Assembly: GCA_033648345.1 (NCBI GenBank)
Contig: GCA_033648345.1_4121.1
Direction: 5' to 3' (one strand)
Source of the DNA: a phage
DNA length: 64,000 nucleotides
A program made the position numbers and the translations under genes. The notes under the pieces were generated by a model that was not told where the DNA came from, made no database searches, and saw nothing but the letters and a program-made list of their open reading frames with translations. This document shows, one piece after another, positions 21,201 through 29,436 of the stretch; positions within the stretch are counted from its first letter, which is position 1, and each line of letters begins with the position of its first letter.

Positions 21201-22178
21201 AAATTCATTACCTTTGATAATAAGAACTACGTCACCATCTTGTGGTTCACCACTCGGACGGCTTTCAGATTCTTCGTCTGGATCTAATGCTAGACCATAC
21301 ACACGTGTTCCATCTTGCATACGTTTAACATATACTTTATAAATTCGGTTGTTTTCACCATTGTTACCAATACTGGTGAAAAGAATACGCATACCATCTT
21401 GTGGAATAATACCATCAATACGTATACCGCTGTTAATATCTTTTTGTACGATATCTTCAGGTTTAATAATATCAGAGAACAAATCAACTGTCCCACGGAA
21501 TTTAGTACCGTAGTTCATTAGTTCGATATTTTTATTGTATTCGATAATTGGTGCACGAGCACGAACAAAACGGGAATCTTGCATTAGTTCTTCAGTTAGG
21601 ATAGTACCATCTTCTAAAGTTTCACCTAATGTGTACCAGAAGTTTTGTAGTGACCAAGTGTTACCATTTTCTGCACCACGTTCCATTACAATATAATCTG
21701 GAGTTGTGATATTATAGCTATTCTTGGAATCCCATAGGTATGAACTGTAGTTGTTCATTTTATTTGGGTTAATTGGTGGGGTCCATGAATAGAACTTACC
21801 ATTAAACAAACGGCTTTCATTTTCGGTTAGTGCACCGTAATGATTCATATAGCCAACTAGATCATCATAAAATTGAATTGAACGAATGCTGGAGTCATCA
21901 TTTCTTGAGACATACGCAGTGGACAACTGATATAGTTGACGTGCGACTGTTGACTCGTGTAAGAAGATGTTCCCTGCTGCTGCCGGAGAACCCATGTCAC
22001 CAATGTAGCCGTCAACTAATTCGTTTTCAGCCGGATTAAACCATTGTTGGATAACATCATCACTGACTTTCTGAATATCTTCTAAGCCTTGCATCCACTC
22101 AGGCAATCTTTTTATGAAAAGCTTCTTCTGTACTGCTTCAGCCATCTGTGTAGGTTGAAACTTAAAATTATTAGTCAT
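12207..22178 (-). CDS. Giant protein (~3323 aa) of unknown function, in the baseplate/tail module
   Basis: Uninterrupted 10 kb ORF; ATG at 22178 has GGAG RBS (track start 22208 has none); no enzyme motif recognised; followed by a gp25-like gene and a spike gene. Confidence 0.7.
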   Translation of the reverse strand: MTNNFKFQPTQMAEAVQKKLFIKRLPEWMQGLEDIQKVSDDVIQQWFNPAENELVDGYIGDMGSPAAAGNIFLHESTVARQLYQLSTAYVSRNDDSSIRSIQFYDDLVGYMNHYGALTENESRLFNGKFYSWTPPINPNKMNNYSSYLWDSKNSYNITTPDYIVMERGAENGNTWSLQNFWYTLGETLEDGTILTEELMQDSRFVRARAPIIEYNKNIELMNYGTKFRGTVDLFSDIIKPEDIVQKDINSGIRIDGIIPQDGMRILFTSIGNNGENNRIYKVYVKRMQDGTRVYGLALDPDEESESRPSGEPQDGDVVLIIKGNEFGNSSMYWDGSHWIQAQSKTSVNVFPQFQLYDRNGVKLNNTTTYPSSTFTGSSLFGFKINYNYATDSVYGYNIELGDYNYYTYENFLQSTRYTYEHLGVEVEIDGLYYYNVIGEGNTMNLETDWVRSTEYSKQYVKQTPQVERTVMFRVFSTVYDMESFKDPVEGMYAYVIEVDRTYQYYKAERETYLDWHVIVGDGVQSVKYNHTFELAQKVLDNSDDIIELVVDGVEIKEYTKTVVNNQVQSITIDSSVDLDEDSVVQIRTYSSTITPNKELGAYEVPINLQNNPYNSNIEYINQGDYTLHFQDIIQKNITSGSADDFNNYEERLAAGLVNNGVGTKIIQNEASILPLMAHTANEDIDLFESIMFMQAEYFRFINKFNTQMLRLYEEDPSAFLGNSASNIVDAILTAINMGRDSTFPFYYDNVASTAGFIRAFVPPTPQFLGILQAYTPQKATFLTAGSKSSWYNISHTGIISKAYRVINGVDKMDDVVFELENRIFNSIDLTFKDIDYKPVLNSEDLFPTPYFTGTDYSAEEKKTLLLRGYINFTATNSISNSTHDYDANNWRTWNYTGSYYVVDGQRTEIPARGSWRAIYTDQYGTYRPATHPWEMMGFSQRPTWWNQEYEPTAVQVGEREGDVVYVYEALVMNESGDLVPSGLWDIDGTIGDSSTGTILSGERRGQYDKYKRFGVQPFKITKTGEKTSTGIDICEVEYIAPEVLGLVSGNLDHRAEPWAYGDMGDMEFTYMNTAMFAYDQMLLLYKAKPAQFANYYWDTRNDNLKPVYTDGSQFLYGETRKRLNFDSTTLVHGEKNTRTIGYQMFVSDYLMYQNKNITTKYGDVVRSSYVNVAHKIGGFTKADQLTFTAKSFGLISQENQTIGLVRSNNIRDEQMSAVKITWNGSAYQIDGYDLVGAKFKYKIPVKNGRKVTLKLEDRTVVHYNEWKSEGTLEYGKIFNTYQEVYTFICGYGEYLKEHGWIFEDVNDSGTQQDWTTIAKDFVIWSQNNLSTGEFISCTPSAANAKFGADFGSVQSVTQNSGGVWSLLDDENQGIRQYEIETSRIGNVFTVRTTSESQKRMALIRLSLSSYEHAVVFDDKTIFGDYIYQPTYGAIQELIKMYGYITGSWTGRLQAPGFIILEAGTLPSFEKLVTDFELYYNSETPVSDVQLQELSNHLIGYQTRDYLQRMISSDVSRVDFYKGFIHDKGTNQVMEKVLRVSKSYDTDEYKALQEWAFKIGTYGNINGKKNLQFKLINDQFKQQPQMVSFDVNATSNGTGNGIVYYGEQGVDSRWITRPNGKFSFPMRSGRSENIQLPDIGPVTLDEISYVTKDFSTAYNDRINYMNNSGEIPDSVWMFKDGNDLWNIFELIDTEVEMLSIVPIENTDVYAEQFCKVTLSDDIPLNDGDYYYFVDETNFMPDTLTIESQYYTAGNDPRVMVVPFDTSITIDFTDPDTRPRLYRYVSRFSTEEMRQEYIDRKYSFKAPQSTLFDRPTTYDERTNITALYLNVFDPINGVIPGAAMQNVTYTSPVDPAQYNSNGELIQAWGADKVGQVWWNTSTAFYLDYTRAIYDADGNVDVDATNEYKRYNWGRLLPHSTVDVLEWVCSPVEPYNWDKYCKDVANKNKNNTMYLPSGTALEDNYSTFLEYDSTTDTYVTKYYFWVRDTIYVPPLHSRTKSCTDIARIIKEPAQLNIPWFAPINESSFILSNMQFEVNDDTSILTVSYYMDNTEVIKHDQYQLCKEGDSYNFNPSIWTSMWNSMIGQETTESGTVIDLLYPLVPNGLGSNKTWFQDVIEARRNFVESANNYYRSQNITTNTVLMDEVFNVKTTEVNPNEVSYRVLTYNSELVIAPESDKFKENDAVLVSTSGVLPNPLSTSSVYFVHIDANGYIHLMNSPSSAGSVVTITLENRGEGQQKMIKQSDYVEALGTSLDMTQYWSLADWYDIGYDKNTAYTQESSLEDANTKNYQVGDIIRITDVDGIWTLYIKAQSRDSVYWKAIGRENSTVELNDMLYADYTVRDANGSLSNREINVRKALALLKNSFDLHQSEIVFDMVKYVHVEQSVVDWVFKTSYIYIVGLEQSLVQNYSNDNLINQIVEYFEEVKPYRTKIRSQIEQKTSDDDLIKGLCNDLDPNGYIFADGTWVKTEKDIWDYEYAQFNEVTQRWEQVGELPSDFVTPNRRFQEIDVIMHYDNTQCKPNDNLASVDVLEEVNKKYQSNAQDVVSNFELQRYKYTFPEYSDEDFDLLVAYQMQLYYPELNVTLGIAYGVNQWYADHADDLVATAEFTETLNRVYKESTQNEMFNDVNHYVQYNTLSNRLKLYTGADDEVIHDEVGCGFSGLTYDDNPSTRLPFGYASSTDYNFGYFEVSSELYKKYVSLIKENNTTATDDEVRIILEVEYGVYSYRHVDEDGNQRFYNDAIHVLSGMRGLYDKDATDHYEKAEEILSRMPIDIHAFTMMPRKYVYVNVNGVYESIPDDQSIDDFMEDKFITDGQLVQLAEINLDDLPLDRNNPMYSDYQHILDSITDAKYYDDMNAFDNLALESQTSELKWEVEGDEVDPYIIDISDINPSGRKIGQIRFTVDGYGFNSVSLVQLRDNSRYKTEGMVIINPYKTTEAIVSIPSYAKIENDISKSYSKYDEKYFYKIKSIVSDTEAEVIDNTLSDGDKVMIFTTDGEDYVRYQNNAWETILSVSKIKTDTTPTLYTVRNTANGTVELLDSTGVVLRYDNITKQQQNEPAIPLALNIVRIRTFADPEFLVDGVKLYETNRNYAIDAMNYEVFYDTTLYGGSYNDGITPDDVDVWVVSNEIFEVDGVTIDNGYNLPITGAGVLSELVRTKMTDSVEINVFEYDVGIIQPVLNTEGVWEYAYPLVSDTYIGVVGGTVTNITAISEENTTYVSQPDSVSPYSVTNNVLSGAGASMNDIISLGFEKVEVRFANNLLRGVMYSAEHDFKENVTYSFNGLNLGKVNLLKRYSVNSYPIELSVYSDSLQISGNDIKNLLEVK

Positions 22179-22226
22179 TTTTGGACTCCATATAATTCGT
22201 TCATTCATTTGATTTATTTATGATAT

Positions 22227-22250
22227 AAAAAAGACGTTCCGAAGAACGCC
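22227..22250 (-). terminator. Intrinsic terminator (minus strand) with UUCG tetraloop
   Basis: Minus-strand RNA GGCGUUC-UUCG-GAACGUC followed by U6. Confidence 0.5.
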
Positions 22251-22258
22251 TTAATGTG

Positions 22259-25200
22259 TTATGAACCAATGTTAATGTTACTCTTAGCCAAGGAATTGAC
22301 TATCTGTACGTTATCAACTGATGCAGTACTTAAGAAAATCTGGTCAGAACGTGAAGGGATTTCAAATAGTGAGCCAAATTTAGAGTTAGGGTTTTGAGCT
22401 ACGATAACAATAGTACTAATATGTCGTCCTAATTGGGAGTGAATGTATGTACACAAGTCAGTGTAATAGAAACTTTCACCAAAATCCCAGTTGTCAACAT
22501 TAAAATACTCGTTAGTTAGTGCTACGACATTTTGACGAATTTCATCATCACTCATTGTACTGTTAGGCAATTTGACGACTTTGAAATCTGCTTTATAATC
22601 TTCAGCAGCACTCGCACCAAATAATGGTAGATATTCTGCACTATGCCAAATAATACTGTCACTGATGACTATTTTTTGTTCAACTTCTTTAAAAATGTCT
22701 TTCAATTCAACAGATGTTGGTGGTTTAGGCATATTACCTTGTGTTCCATTCTTCAACCATACATCAACTTCAGTTTTGTATGAATTGGTTAATACATACA
22801 TGTCAATCAAGTTTGTTCTACTTGGGTCAATGCGATTATCATCTGGTGCATAATGTTTCCAGTGGAAATCAATACCAGTTCTTGCATTCGTTTTTACGGT
22901 ATATTGTGAAGTTACATCTTTATAACCATAATAATCTAACTTTTGGTTAACATCAGCATTAGTACCGATATTAACAATAGCACGATAAAACGCAAGTTCA
23001 GGAGTTGCAGCAGTTGTATCATCAGAATAGGTCAAGTTCTCAATTAATTGGTTTAAACGGTCATTATTATTACCAACAGTTTGTTCTATGAAGTAATATT
23101 TACCATCGTATTTAAAGCCAACCATAAAGCCTGAACCTTTACTATAGATACCACTCAATGTTGTTGAGCGAATAGCATTATTGCGAACAAATTCACTTCT
23201 CTTATACGCATTAGTTTCTGCAAGTGCCTGATCCATTGTATAAGCCCATGAAGAATCAAGAATAGTGAAAGTATCGCTCGGTAATGACAGTACTGATATA
23301 GTGAAATCATCGTTTTCTTGGAAAACCAATATACCACCATATTTAACTGAATCTTCACCAGTCCAATTTGGTACAATTTCTCTGAATTGATTAGGTTCTA
23401 GTGGGATTCCATTACTATCAACGTTTTCAGAGGTGATAACCACACGAGAACCATCAAGATACCCGTTTTCTTGTTGAATTGTGTCATAAATTTGGAAATC
23501 TATGTTACTTGTCAACCCAGCATTACTATTGCTTGTGGTATTTGATGATAAAATTTCAATTTTGTCACTTTGAACACTACCAGTACTAATATCAGTTATC
23601 TTTTTAGAAGAAACGAAGTAAAAACGAACTTTATCACCACCAACGAACACATATTCAACGCCATTCGCATCAAATTCCCAGGTTTCAGCAGTATATTTGA
23701 TGTTAATCATAACAAGAACTTCATTTCCATTATAAGAAATAGTATCTTCATCAGTACTGATTTCTAATGGAATCCAAGAAGTTGTTTCTTTATCATGAAT
23801 AATAACAAAATCTGTCTTTTTATCAAGCATTGCAGCGATTGCTTGCACTTCGACACTATTAAAACGTGTTCTGTATTGTAAAATGTACTCTTGTGCTTGC
23901 ATATTTGATGAAACTGAAGTACTTAGAACGTAATATCCATTATCAAGAACACTAACAATACTAGCCCACACAGTAGTTCCGGCATTTGAAAACTTAATCA
24001 ACGTACCAACTTGATAATTTCCGAATACGTTACCTGTTGCCCCCATAATACGACCATACGTATTAGTTGCGTAATTAGAATTGTATTCAGGTGTCCATTT
24101 TTGTTGAATTTCAATACCAATTGTATTCGGTGGATATGCTTGATAACGTTGGATTACAGCATTCTCACCAATCAATGGCTGAATATTATCAATTACAATA
24201 CTAGCATTTGTTTTGGTAGTTGGTAATTGTAAAGATTTATTAAATTGTGTGTTTTCTTGATACATTGAACCATCATCACTAAACACATCAGTGTTTTGAT
24301 ACTTACCAGTTGGATCATTAATATCAATGAATCGTGACTGTCCACTATATAAACGGTTAATTGCTTTAGATTTAAGAACTGTGTTACCCAAACTCAACGG
24401 AGCAATGTTATAGTCTTCGCCGTTAACAAAACGGTTTTGAGTGTAATACATTTGTGGAGCACGAGCCTTAATTTGTTCAATTGTTTCTGCACTTTGTGCA
24501 CGATCTGATTCATATTGCAATGTGAAACGAATATCCAAAGTACTGGATTCATAGCTTGATTGTGTTTTGGTTCTATAGGTGTATTTTACACTTTTGTTCT
24601 GGATTTCAGACGTTTTAATGTTGTATGTTTCACCATTACTAACACGATACCATACACGATACGTCCCACGAGGAACAACACCACTACGAGAATCAGGATA
24701 CTTAATAGTAATCTGGTCTTTATCACGAGTTGTGACAGCAAAGATTGTTTTTAGTTGACGGTTAACAGTATTGTATGCGATACTTTCCATAGATGGAACT
24801 TTGGTCCATTTAGTACGTACAATACCATCTTCGTTGATTTCCTGAACCCAAACATCAGTTTCGTTGATATTATCTACGTTGATGTCTTGGATACGGTTTT
24901 CTTCACGAATATTATATTGGTAATCTTGGTATGTCAATGTCCCTTGAACAAAATAAACGAAGAAACCAGTATTTGGTGAACTAAATCCGTTACCATCATT
25001 CTGATAAACGATATATTTTTGCTCTTGTGGTTCAGGGTGACGCTCTTCAACACCAACTGCTGTAATATCAGGGTTGACAACTTCAAATGTCATCGATTCA
25101 CCATTAACTGTAGCTGTGAATGGAAGACTTGGTGCTGACATTGGAATTGTATTCATACGATATAGCTGACGAGAAACACCATTGATATCGATACGTTTAA

Positions 25201-25720
25201 CCGGATTACCAAACTGGTTAGTACTGACAAATGAACTGTTCATAACTAGAATGAAGTTCTCATACCAGTTTGTGTCCATTGGGTCATTCCAACGAATGAT
25301 TTTATCCTTAAGTGATTCGTTAAAACTATTACGAACGTCTTGGTTGGTTTTTATTTCTGTTAATTTAGCAACTGCACGACCTGGATATGAACGGCGTGGA
25401 GAGTAAGAAATCATTTTTGCGAGTTTCAGTACTGATGCACGACGAGTAGCAGTATCTAGGAAGTTCTCACGAGTGTTTAAATCCATACGGAATGCTAAGT
25501 TCTGGCCTAGCATAGAAATGGTATCTAGAATAAAGATGAACTGGTCGTTTTCGATCCAGTCGTTGAAAGAATCTGGGTACGTAGCACGTAGATAGTCAAT
25601 CATACTTTGACGGATTGTATCAAAGTCATAAGCTGTTAGATTGATCTTATAAAAGCTTTCATATACTTGAGTCCAATCTTCACCAGCGTATAAATTTGAT
25701 TGCCTTTTTTGTTGTGACAT
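22259..25720 (-). CDS. Large hypothetical protein (1153 aa), possibly a baseplate wedge component by position
   Basis: Long ORF with AAAGGAA RBS; sits between the gp25-like gene and the giant gene. Confidence 0.6.
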   Translation of the reverse strand: MSQQKRQSNLYAGEDWTQVYESFYKINLTAYDFDTIRQSMIDYLRATYPDSFNDWIENDQFIFILDTISMLGQNLAFRMDLNTRENFLDTATRRASVLKLAKMISYSPRRSYPGRAVAKLTEIKTNQDVRNSFNESLKDKIIRWNDPMDTNWYENFILVMNSSFVSTNQFGNPVKRIDINGVSRQLYRMNTIPMSAPSLPFTATVNGESMTFEVVNPDITAVGVEERHPEPQEQKYIVYQNDGNGFSSPNTGFFVYFVQGTLTYQDYQYNIREENRIQDINVDNINETDVWVQEINEDGIVRTKWTKVPSMESIAYNTVNRQLKTIFAVTTRDKDQITIKYPDSRSGVVPRGTYRVWYRVSNGETYNIKTSEIQNKSVKYTYRTKTQSSYESSTLDIRFTLQYESDRAQSAETIEQIKARAPQMYYTQNRFVNGEDYNIAPLSLGNTVLKSKAINRLYSGQSRFIDINDPTGKYQNTDVFSDDGSMYQENTQFNKSLQLPTTKTNASIVIDNIQPLIGENAVIQRYQAYPPNTIGIEIQQKWTPEYNSNYATNTYGRIMGATGNVFGNYQVGTLIKFSNAGTTVWASIVSVLDNGYYVLSTSVSSNMQAQEYILQYRTRFNSVEVQAIAAMLDKKTDFVIIHDKETTSWIPLEISTDEDTISYNGNEVLVMINIKYTAETWEFDANGVEYVFVGGDKVRFYFVSSKKITDISTGSVQSDKIEILSSNTTSNSNAGLTSNIDFQIYDTIQQENGYLDGSRVVITSENVDSNGIPLEPNQFREIVPNWTGEDSVKYGGILVFQENDDFTISVLSLPSDTFTILDSSWAYTMDQALAETNAYKRSEFVRNNAIRSTTLSGIYSKGSGFMVGFKYDGKYYFIEQTVGNNNDRLNQLIENLTYSDDTTAATPELAFYRAIVNIGTNADVNQKLDYYGYKDVTSQYTVKTNARTGIDFHWKHYAPDDNRIDPSRTNLIDMYVLTNSYKTEVDVWLKNGTQGNMPKPPTSVELKDIFKEVEQKIVISDSIIWHSAEYLPLFGASAAEDYKADFKVVKLPNSTMSDDEIRQNVVALTNEYFNVDNWDFGESFYYTDLCTYIHSQLGRHISTIVIVAQNPNSKFGSLFEIPSRSDQIFLSTASVDNVQIVNSLAKSNINIGS

Positions 25721-25786
25721 AATTTATTCCTTTAAATCAGTAAAGTACTAGTTCAGTACTGGGAATTATATATAGAAATATTTATC

Positions 25787-25814
25787 CAAAAAGAAAAGCA
25801 CCCCGAAGAGTGCT
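25787..25814 (-). terminator. Intrinsic terminator (minus strand) with UUCG tetraloop
   Basis: Minus-strand RNA AGCACUC-UUCG-GGGUGCU followed by UUUUCUUUUU. Confidence 0.5.
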
Positions 25815-25822
25815 TTTATAAT

Positions 25823-26218
25823 TTACAAAGATGATACAGAATAGGTAGCCATTCTGTTGTTACTTCTTGCATCAAAAACTATAGTTAATTCTTCAAGAGT
25901 ATTGAGAACAACATATTCAAGTACTATATCCATCTGATAACCGTACTCAATTCTTGATATTTGAAGTTTCTTTAAGCTTAAACGTGGGTCCAAGCTAATA
26001 ATTCTACGGGCATCTGCTTCCAAAAGGTTGATTGTATTATAACCATCCAATTCAAATAGCAAATCCCACGCAATGAACCCATAATCAGCATCAAATGCAC
26101 GTTCACCTTTTTTTGTATTGAAATGATTCATTAAATCCTGACGAACCAATTCACTGTCATACAATGTTTCAGTTCTTCCAACTACTGGTGTTGAAAAACC
26201 TTTAAAAACAATTGCCAT
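25823..26218 (-). CDS. Baseplate wedge protein, gp25 / GPW-like
   Basis: 131 aa; KGERAFDADYG...LLFE and EADARRIISLDPRL resemble the T4 gp25 family; adjacent to the spike gene. Confidence 0.55.
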   Translation of the reverse strand: MAIVFKGFSTPVVGRTETLYDSELVRQDLMNHFNTKKGERAFDADYGFIAWDLLFELDGYNTINLLEADARRIISLDPRLSLKKLQISRIEYGYQMDIVLEYVVLNTLEELTIVFDARSNNRMATYSVSSL

Positions 26219-26233
26219 TATGTGTTTCCTTTA

Positions 26234-26722
26234 TTATACGGATTCGACGATGCGAGCCATCTTCTCCGCTCTGGATGTGGTTTGTTTGTACCACGAACTA
26301 TCACGCATTTCTTTACCAGCAGTTTTATAATCACCACGACCGAGAGCAGCCATCGCTTTTTTGAAATTTAAAACTTTTGATTTACCCATTTGGAACACCA
26401 TAAACCACAATACACGCTGAACCTGTACTGGAGCAGTCATTCCAAATTGATCATAGATTGATTTTGCGTCATTGTAAGCGGTCTGAGCATCTTTTATAAG
26501 GAGAGCATCAGCTTCTGCTTCAGTGAGTCCATTTTTGAAACTTTCACCCTTAAGTACAAGGTGACCGTAACCAATGGTATCAAGACCTAGACTGTCTTTA
26601 TATACCCAAAACTTATCATTTTTAAAATAACCAAGTTTTTTCTGATACGCAATAGTACCTTCAAATTCTTTAATTTCTTTAAAAAATTGTTCGTCGGTAT
26701 TTTTGATTTCCCATTTACTCAT
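26234..26722 (-). CDS. T4-type lysozyme (GH24 endolysin)
   Basis: 162 aa; catalytic Glu (KEFEG), Asp (YKDSLG), Thr (DTIGYGHL) and VFQMG as in T4 lysozyme; GAGGAAA RBS. Confidence 0.8.
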   Translation of the reverse strand: MSKWEIKNTDEQFFKEIKEFEGTIAYQKKLGYFKNDKFWVYKDSLGLDTIGYGHLVLKGESFKNGLTEAEADALLIKDAQTAYNDAKSIYDQFGMTAPVQVQRVLWFMVFQMGKSKVLNFKKAMAALGRGDYKTAGKEMRDSSWYKQTTSRAEKMARIVESV

Positions 26723-26759
26723 AAAGATTTCCTCATTATTATTTATAGTACTGAAATAT

Positions 26760-29423
26760 TTATTGACATGCCTCTAATCTACGTGCCATTAATTCAGCAC
26801 GGCGTGTAGTTTGACGATACCAAGCTGAATTTCGAATTTGAGCAGCAGCTTGCTTGTAGTTACCTTTAGCCATTTCAGATAGCATTGACTTAAATTTCAT
26901 TACACCACCTTTACCCATCTGGAATACCATTTGACATAGAACTTGTTGTGCCATGTAAGGTGTTTTCATCTTATAAGAAGCGTAAATGGATTTTGCGTCA
27001 TATATAGCCTTACTACTATCACGCACCAACATATCATTGGCTTCCTGTTCGGTAATCCCACCAGAGAAGTTTTCACCACCAACAATCAAGTGACCGTAAC
27101 CAATAGTTGGGAATCCACGACTATCCAAATATCTCCAAAATTTGCCATTACGGTAATATCCTTTAGCTTGTTGATACGCCATTGTTCCTTCATATTCTTT
27201 CAATTCAGAAATAAATTGTGAATCACCCGGAACAACTTTCCAATCAATTGCAGTCTTATCAACATTACCCACATTGTATGATTCTTGTGCAGTAGGTACT
27301 GGAGTACCACCTGAACGTTGTGTTCTTCTACGACGAGGGACATGACGAGAACCACGTTGAGAATACCCAGTACCGATAGTTTTAATTTTAGTTGTTACAA
27401 CTAATTCATCACTATCAACAGAAGGTTGAACAACAGCTTTCGGTGCTGCTTGGTTCGTTGCTTGTCCTGCAATTAATGTTTTATTTCCCGCTTCAGAACC
27501 TGTACCAGTCTGGGATGCATAGAATAATCCAGGGTCAACTGAACCACTAAATCCTAGTACGTTGGCAGAGGTAACTCTTATTTCAAATTGAATAACACCA
27601 TTAGCTTTACCGATAACTTGACCTTTTTGAACAACGTCTTTATTGAGCAAATCTGATTGAATATTATAAAATACAGATTTATATCCAGACTTATGTTGAA
27701 CCAATAAAGCACCATTAGTGATAACAACTACACCGCCATCTGGAGCTACAACATCACCCTTGCACTGTATTTCCCAGCCACTTCTATCAGCTTTACCACC
27801 ACCACTAGTCGGGACACCTTTCCCCCAATAACCGTATTGGCGAATGGTTCCACTACACGGCATGAACATATGAAGACCTTCATATGTAATGCTATAACCA
27901 GTCATACCAGGATCAGAAGTCATTAAATCTTGTGTTTGAACTTGTTCTGTTTCTGTTGTATAATTTACATATTGAATTGCTTCAGTGTCCTGTACTGGAG
28001 CTAAAGTTGGAGCTACATCATTAGCAGGTTCAGGTTGAACTGGGGATTCACTATTCCCACTACCACCACCTTGACGTGGAGGTTCAACAGTACTGCCGTG
28101 ATTCTCAGCATCAACCCAAGCCGATATATCATGTATATGATCATTCAAGCCAGCAGATGGGGTGCGGAAGTTTGGTGCATTAAATTCAGCAGTACCACTA
28201 TTACCACCACTGTTAACAGTAAGAGTTTGACCACCACCACTAATAATAGCTGATGAAGAACCAATGAGATTAGCACTGGTAGCAGCAGAGATTGACGCAT
28301 TAGAACCAGCAGTTATATCAGTACTGCTACCACTTTGCATACGTAATGAAGCTGCTGTTACTAAACGTAAATCTGCTCCAGCGTTAATAACAACCTGACC
28401 ACCAACTTTAGCATCCAATGCACCAACCAAATCTAGTTTAGTGTTTGCACCAACACGAGCATTGAAGTCTGCTCCACTTTCAATATTATATGAGCGTCCA
28501 GCCACCATGTTAATATCTTGACCTGCACGAATGTTAATATTCTTATCACAGTGCATTTCAATATCACCTTCACCAGTGAATTTAATACGTGCAGTACCAT
28601 CACGGTTAATTAAAAGAACATCACCAGAGGCTTCAGATAACAACAACTGTGCACCACTACGTGTTTTAATTACAACGCCTTCATTTTTACGAGAACCAAC
28701 ACGAGTATCGTTCACTGGGTTATTGAATTGGGTATCCTGATAACCATCTGGATCTTGATCCCATGTAGGTGCTGTTAATTCTTCTTCTGTGTAACCATCA
28801 TCAATAATAAAACTGTTACCACGAGGTGAGGAAAGACCATAAACAGTACTGGTGGTCTGGCGAGTACTGCTACGGTTAGCAACACCCGCTTCCTCATCAT
28901 AAAGTAAGTTTTGTTTTTTCAGACCTGCAATAATTGGAACGTTTGCATATTTGTCTTGAGTACTGGTAGAAATTGTATTACGGTCATAATCAGTTACGGG
29001 TAATGGCATATCAGTACCAGCATAGTTGCTTATTTCAGTAGCCATCCCAGGAACCATCGTATTCATACGTTGGTCATAAACACAACCAATCCAATACGCT
29101 TGGAATGTTCTTGCTTGTGCAAATATAACAACAACAGTACATCCGACATCAGGTGGAACCGCCCAAAAACCATATCCCTTTGGATATTGACCATAAGCAT
29201 CAGCACTTGGTATCCCTGGAGTTTTGCCAGCGAATGGAGACATGTATGATGCTTCAATCCATGACTCTTTTGAATTTTTATCACTTTGTGAACCTTGAAT
29301 CCACACTTTTAGCTTACCGGATTTAGTTGGGTCACGGTTATCCATCACGGTTGCTAGTTGTGGATACGAAGGGTCAAAACGACCCAACTGTTGTTGGGCA
29401 TATTTCTTACTTGTATCTGCCAT
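26760..29423 (-). CDS. Baseplate central spike protein with beta-helix, degenerate M23-like domain and C-terminal GH24 lysozyme domain
   Basis: 887 aa; beta-helical repeat region; M23-like fold lacking HxxxD/HxH zinc ligands (VIQFEIRV); C-terminal 150 aa paralogous to the adjacent free lysozyme with conserved E/D/T. Confidence 0.7.
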   Translation of the reverse strand: MADTSKKYAQQQLGRFDPSYPQLATVMDNRDPTKSGKLKVWIQGSQSDKNSKESWIEASYMSPFAGKTPGIPSADAYGQYPKGYGFWAVPPDVGCTVVVIFAQARTFQAYWIGCVYDQRMNTMVPGMATEISNYAGTDMPLPVTDYDRNTISTSTQDKYANVPIIAGLKKQNLLYDEEAGVANRSSTRQTTSTVYGLSSPRGNSFIIDDGYTEEELTAPTWDQDPDGYQDTQFNNPVNDTRVGSRKNEGVVIKTRSGAQLLLSEASGDVLLINRDGTARIKFTGEGDIEMHCDKNINIRAGQDINMVAGRSYNIESGADFNARVGANTKLDLVGALDAKVGGQVVINAGADLRLVTAASLRMQSGSSTDITAGSNASISAATSANLIGSSSAIISGGGQTLTVNSGGNSGTAEFNAPNFRTPSAGLNDHIHDISAWVDAENHGSTVEPPRQGGGSGNSESPVQPEPANDVAPTLAPVQDTEAIQYVNYTTETEQVQTQDLMTSDPGMTGYSITYEGLHMFMPCSGTIRQYGYWGKGVPTSGGGKADRSGWEIQCKGDVVAPDGGVVVITNGALLVQHKSGYKSVFYNIQSDLLNKDVVQKGQVIGKANGVIQFEIRVTSANVLGFSGSVDPGLFYASQTGTGSEAGNKTLIAGQATNQAAPKAVVQPSVDSDELVVTTKIKTIGTGYSQRGSRHVPRRRRTQRSGGTPVPTAQESYNVGNVDKTAIDWKVVPGDSQFISELKEYEGTMAYQQAKGYYRNGKFWRYLDSRGFPTIGYGHLIVGGENFSGGITEQEANDMLVRDSSKAIYDAKSIYASYKMKTPYMAQQVLCQMVFQMGKGGVMKFKSMLSEMAKGNYKQAAAQIRNSAWYRQTTRRAELMARRLEACQ

Positions 29424-29436
29424 CTTAAATTATTCC

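Noticed and set aside
12207-22208. Giant ORF as an N4-type virion RNA polymerase
   Set aside because: No polymerase motifs recognised by eye, and the gene sits inside a baseplate/tail module next to gp25-like and spike genes in a T4-like (not N4-like) genome; a structural role fits better
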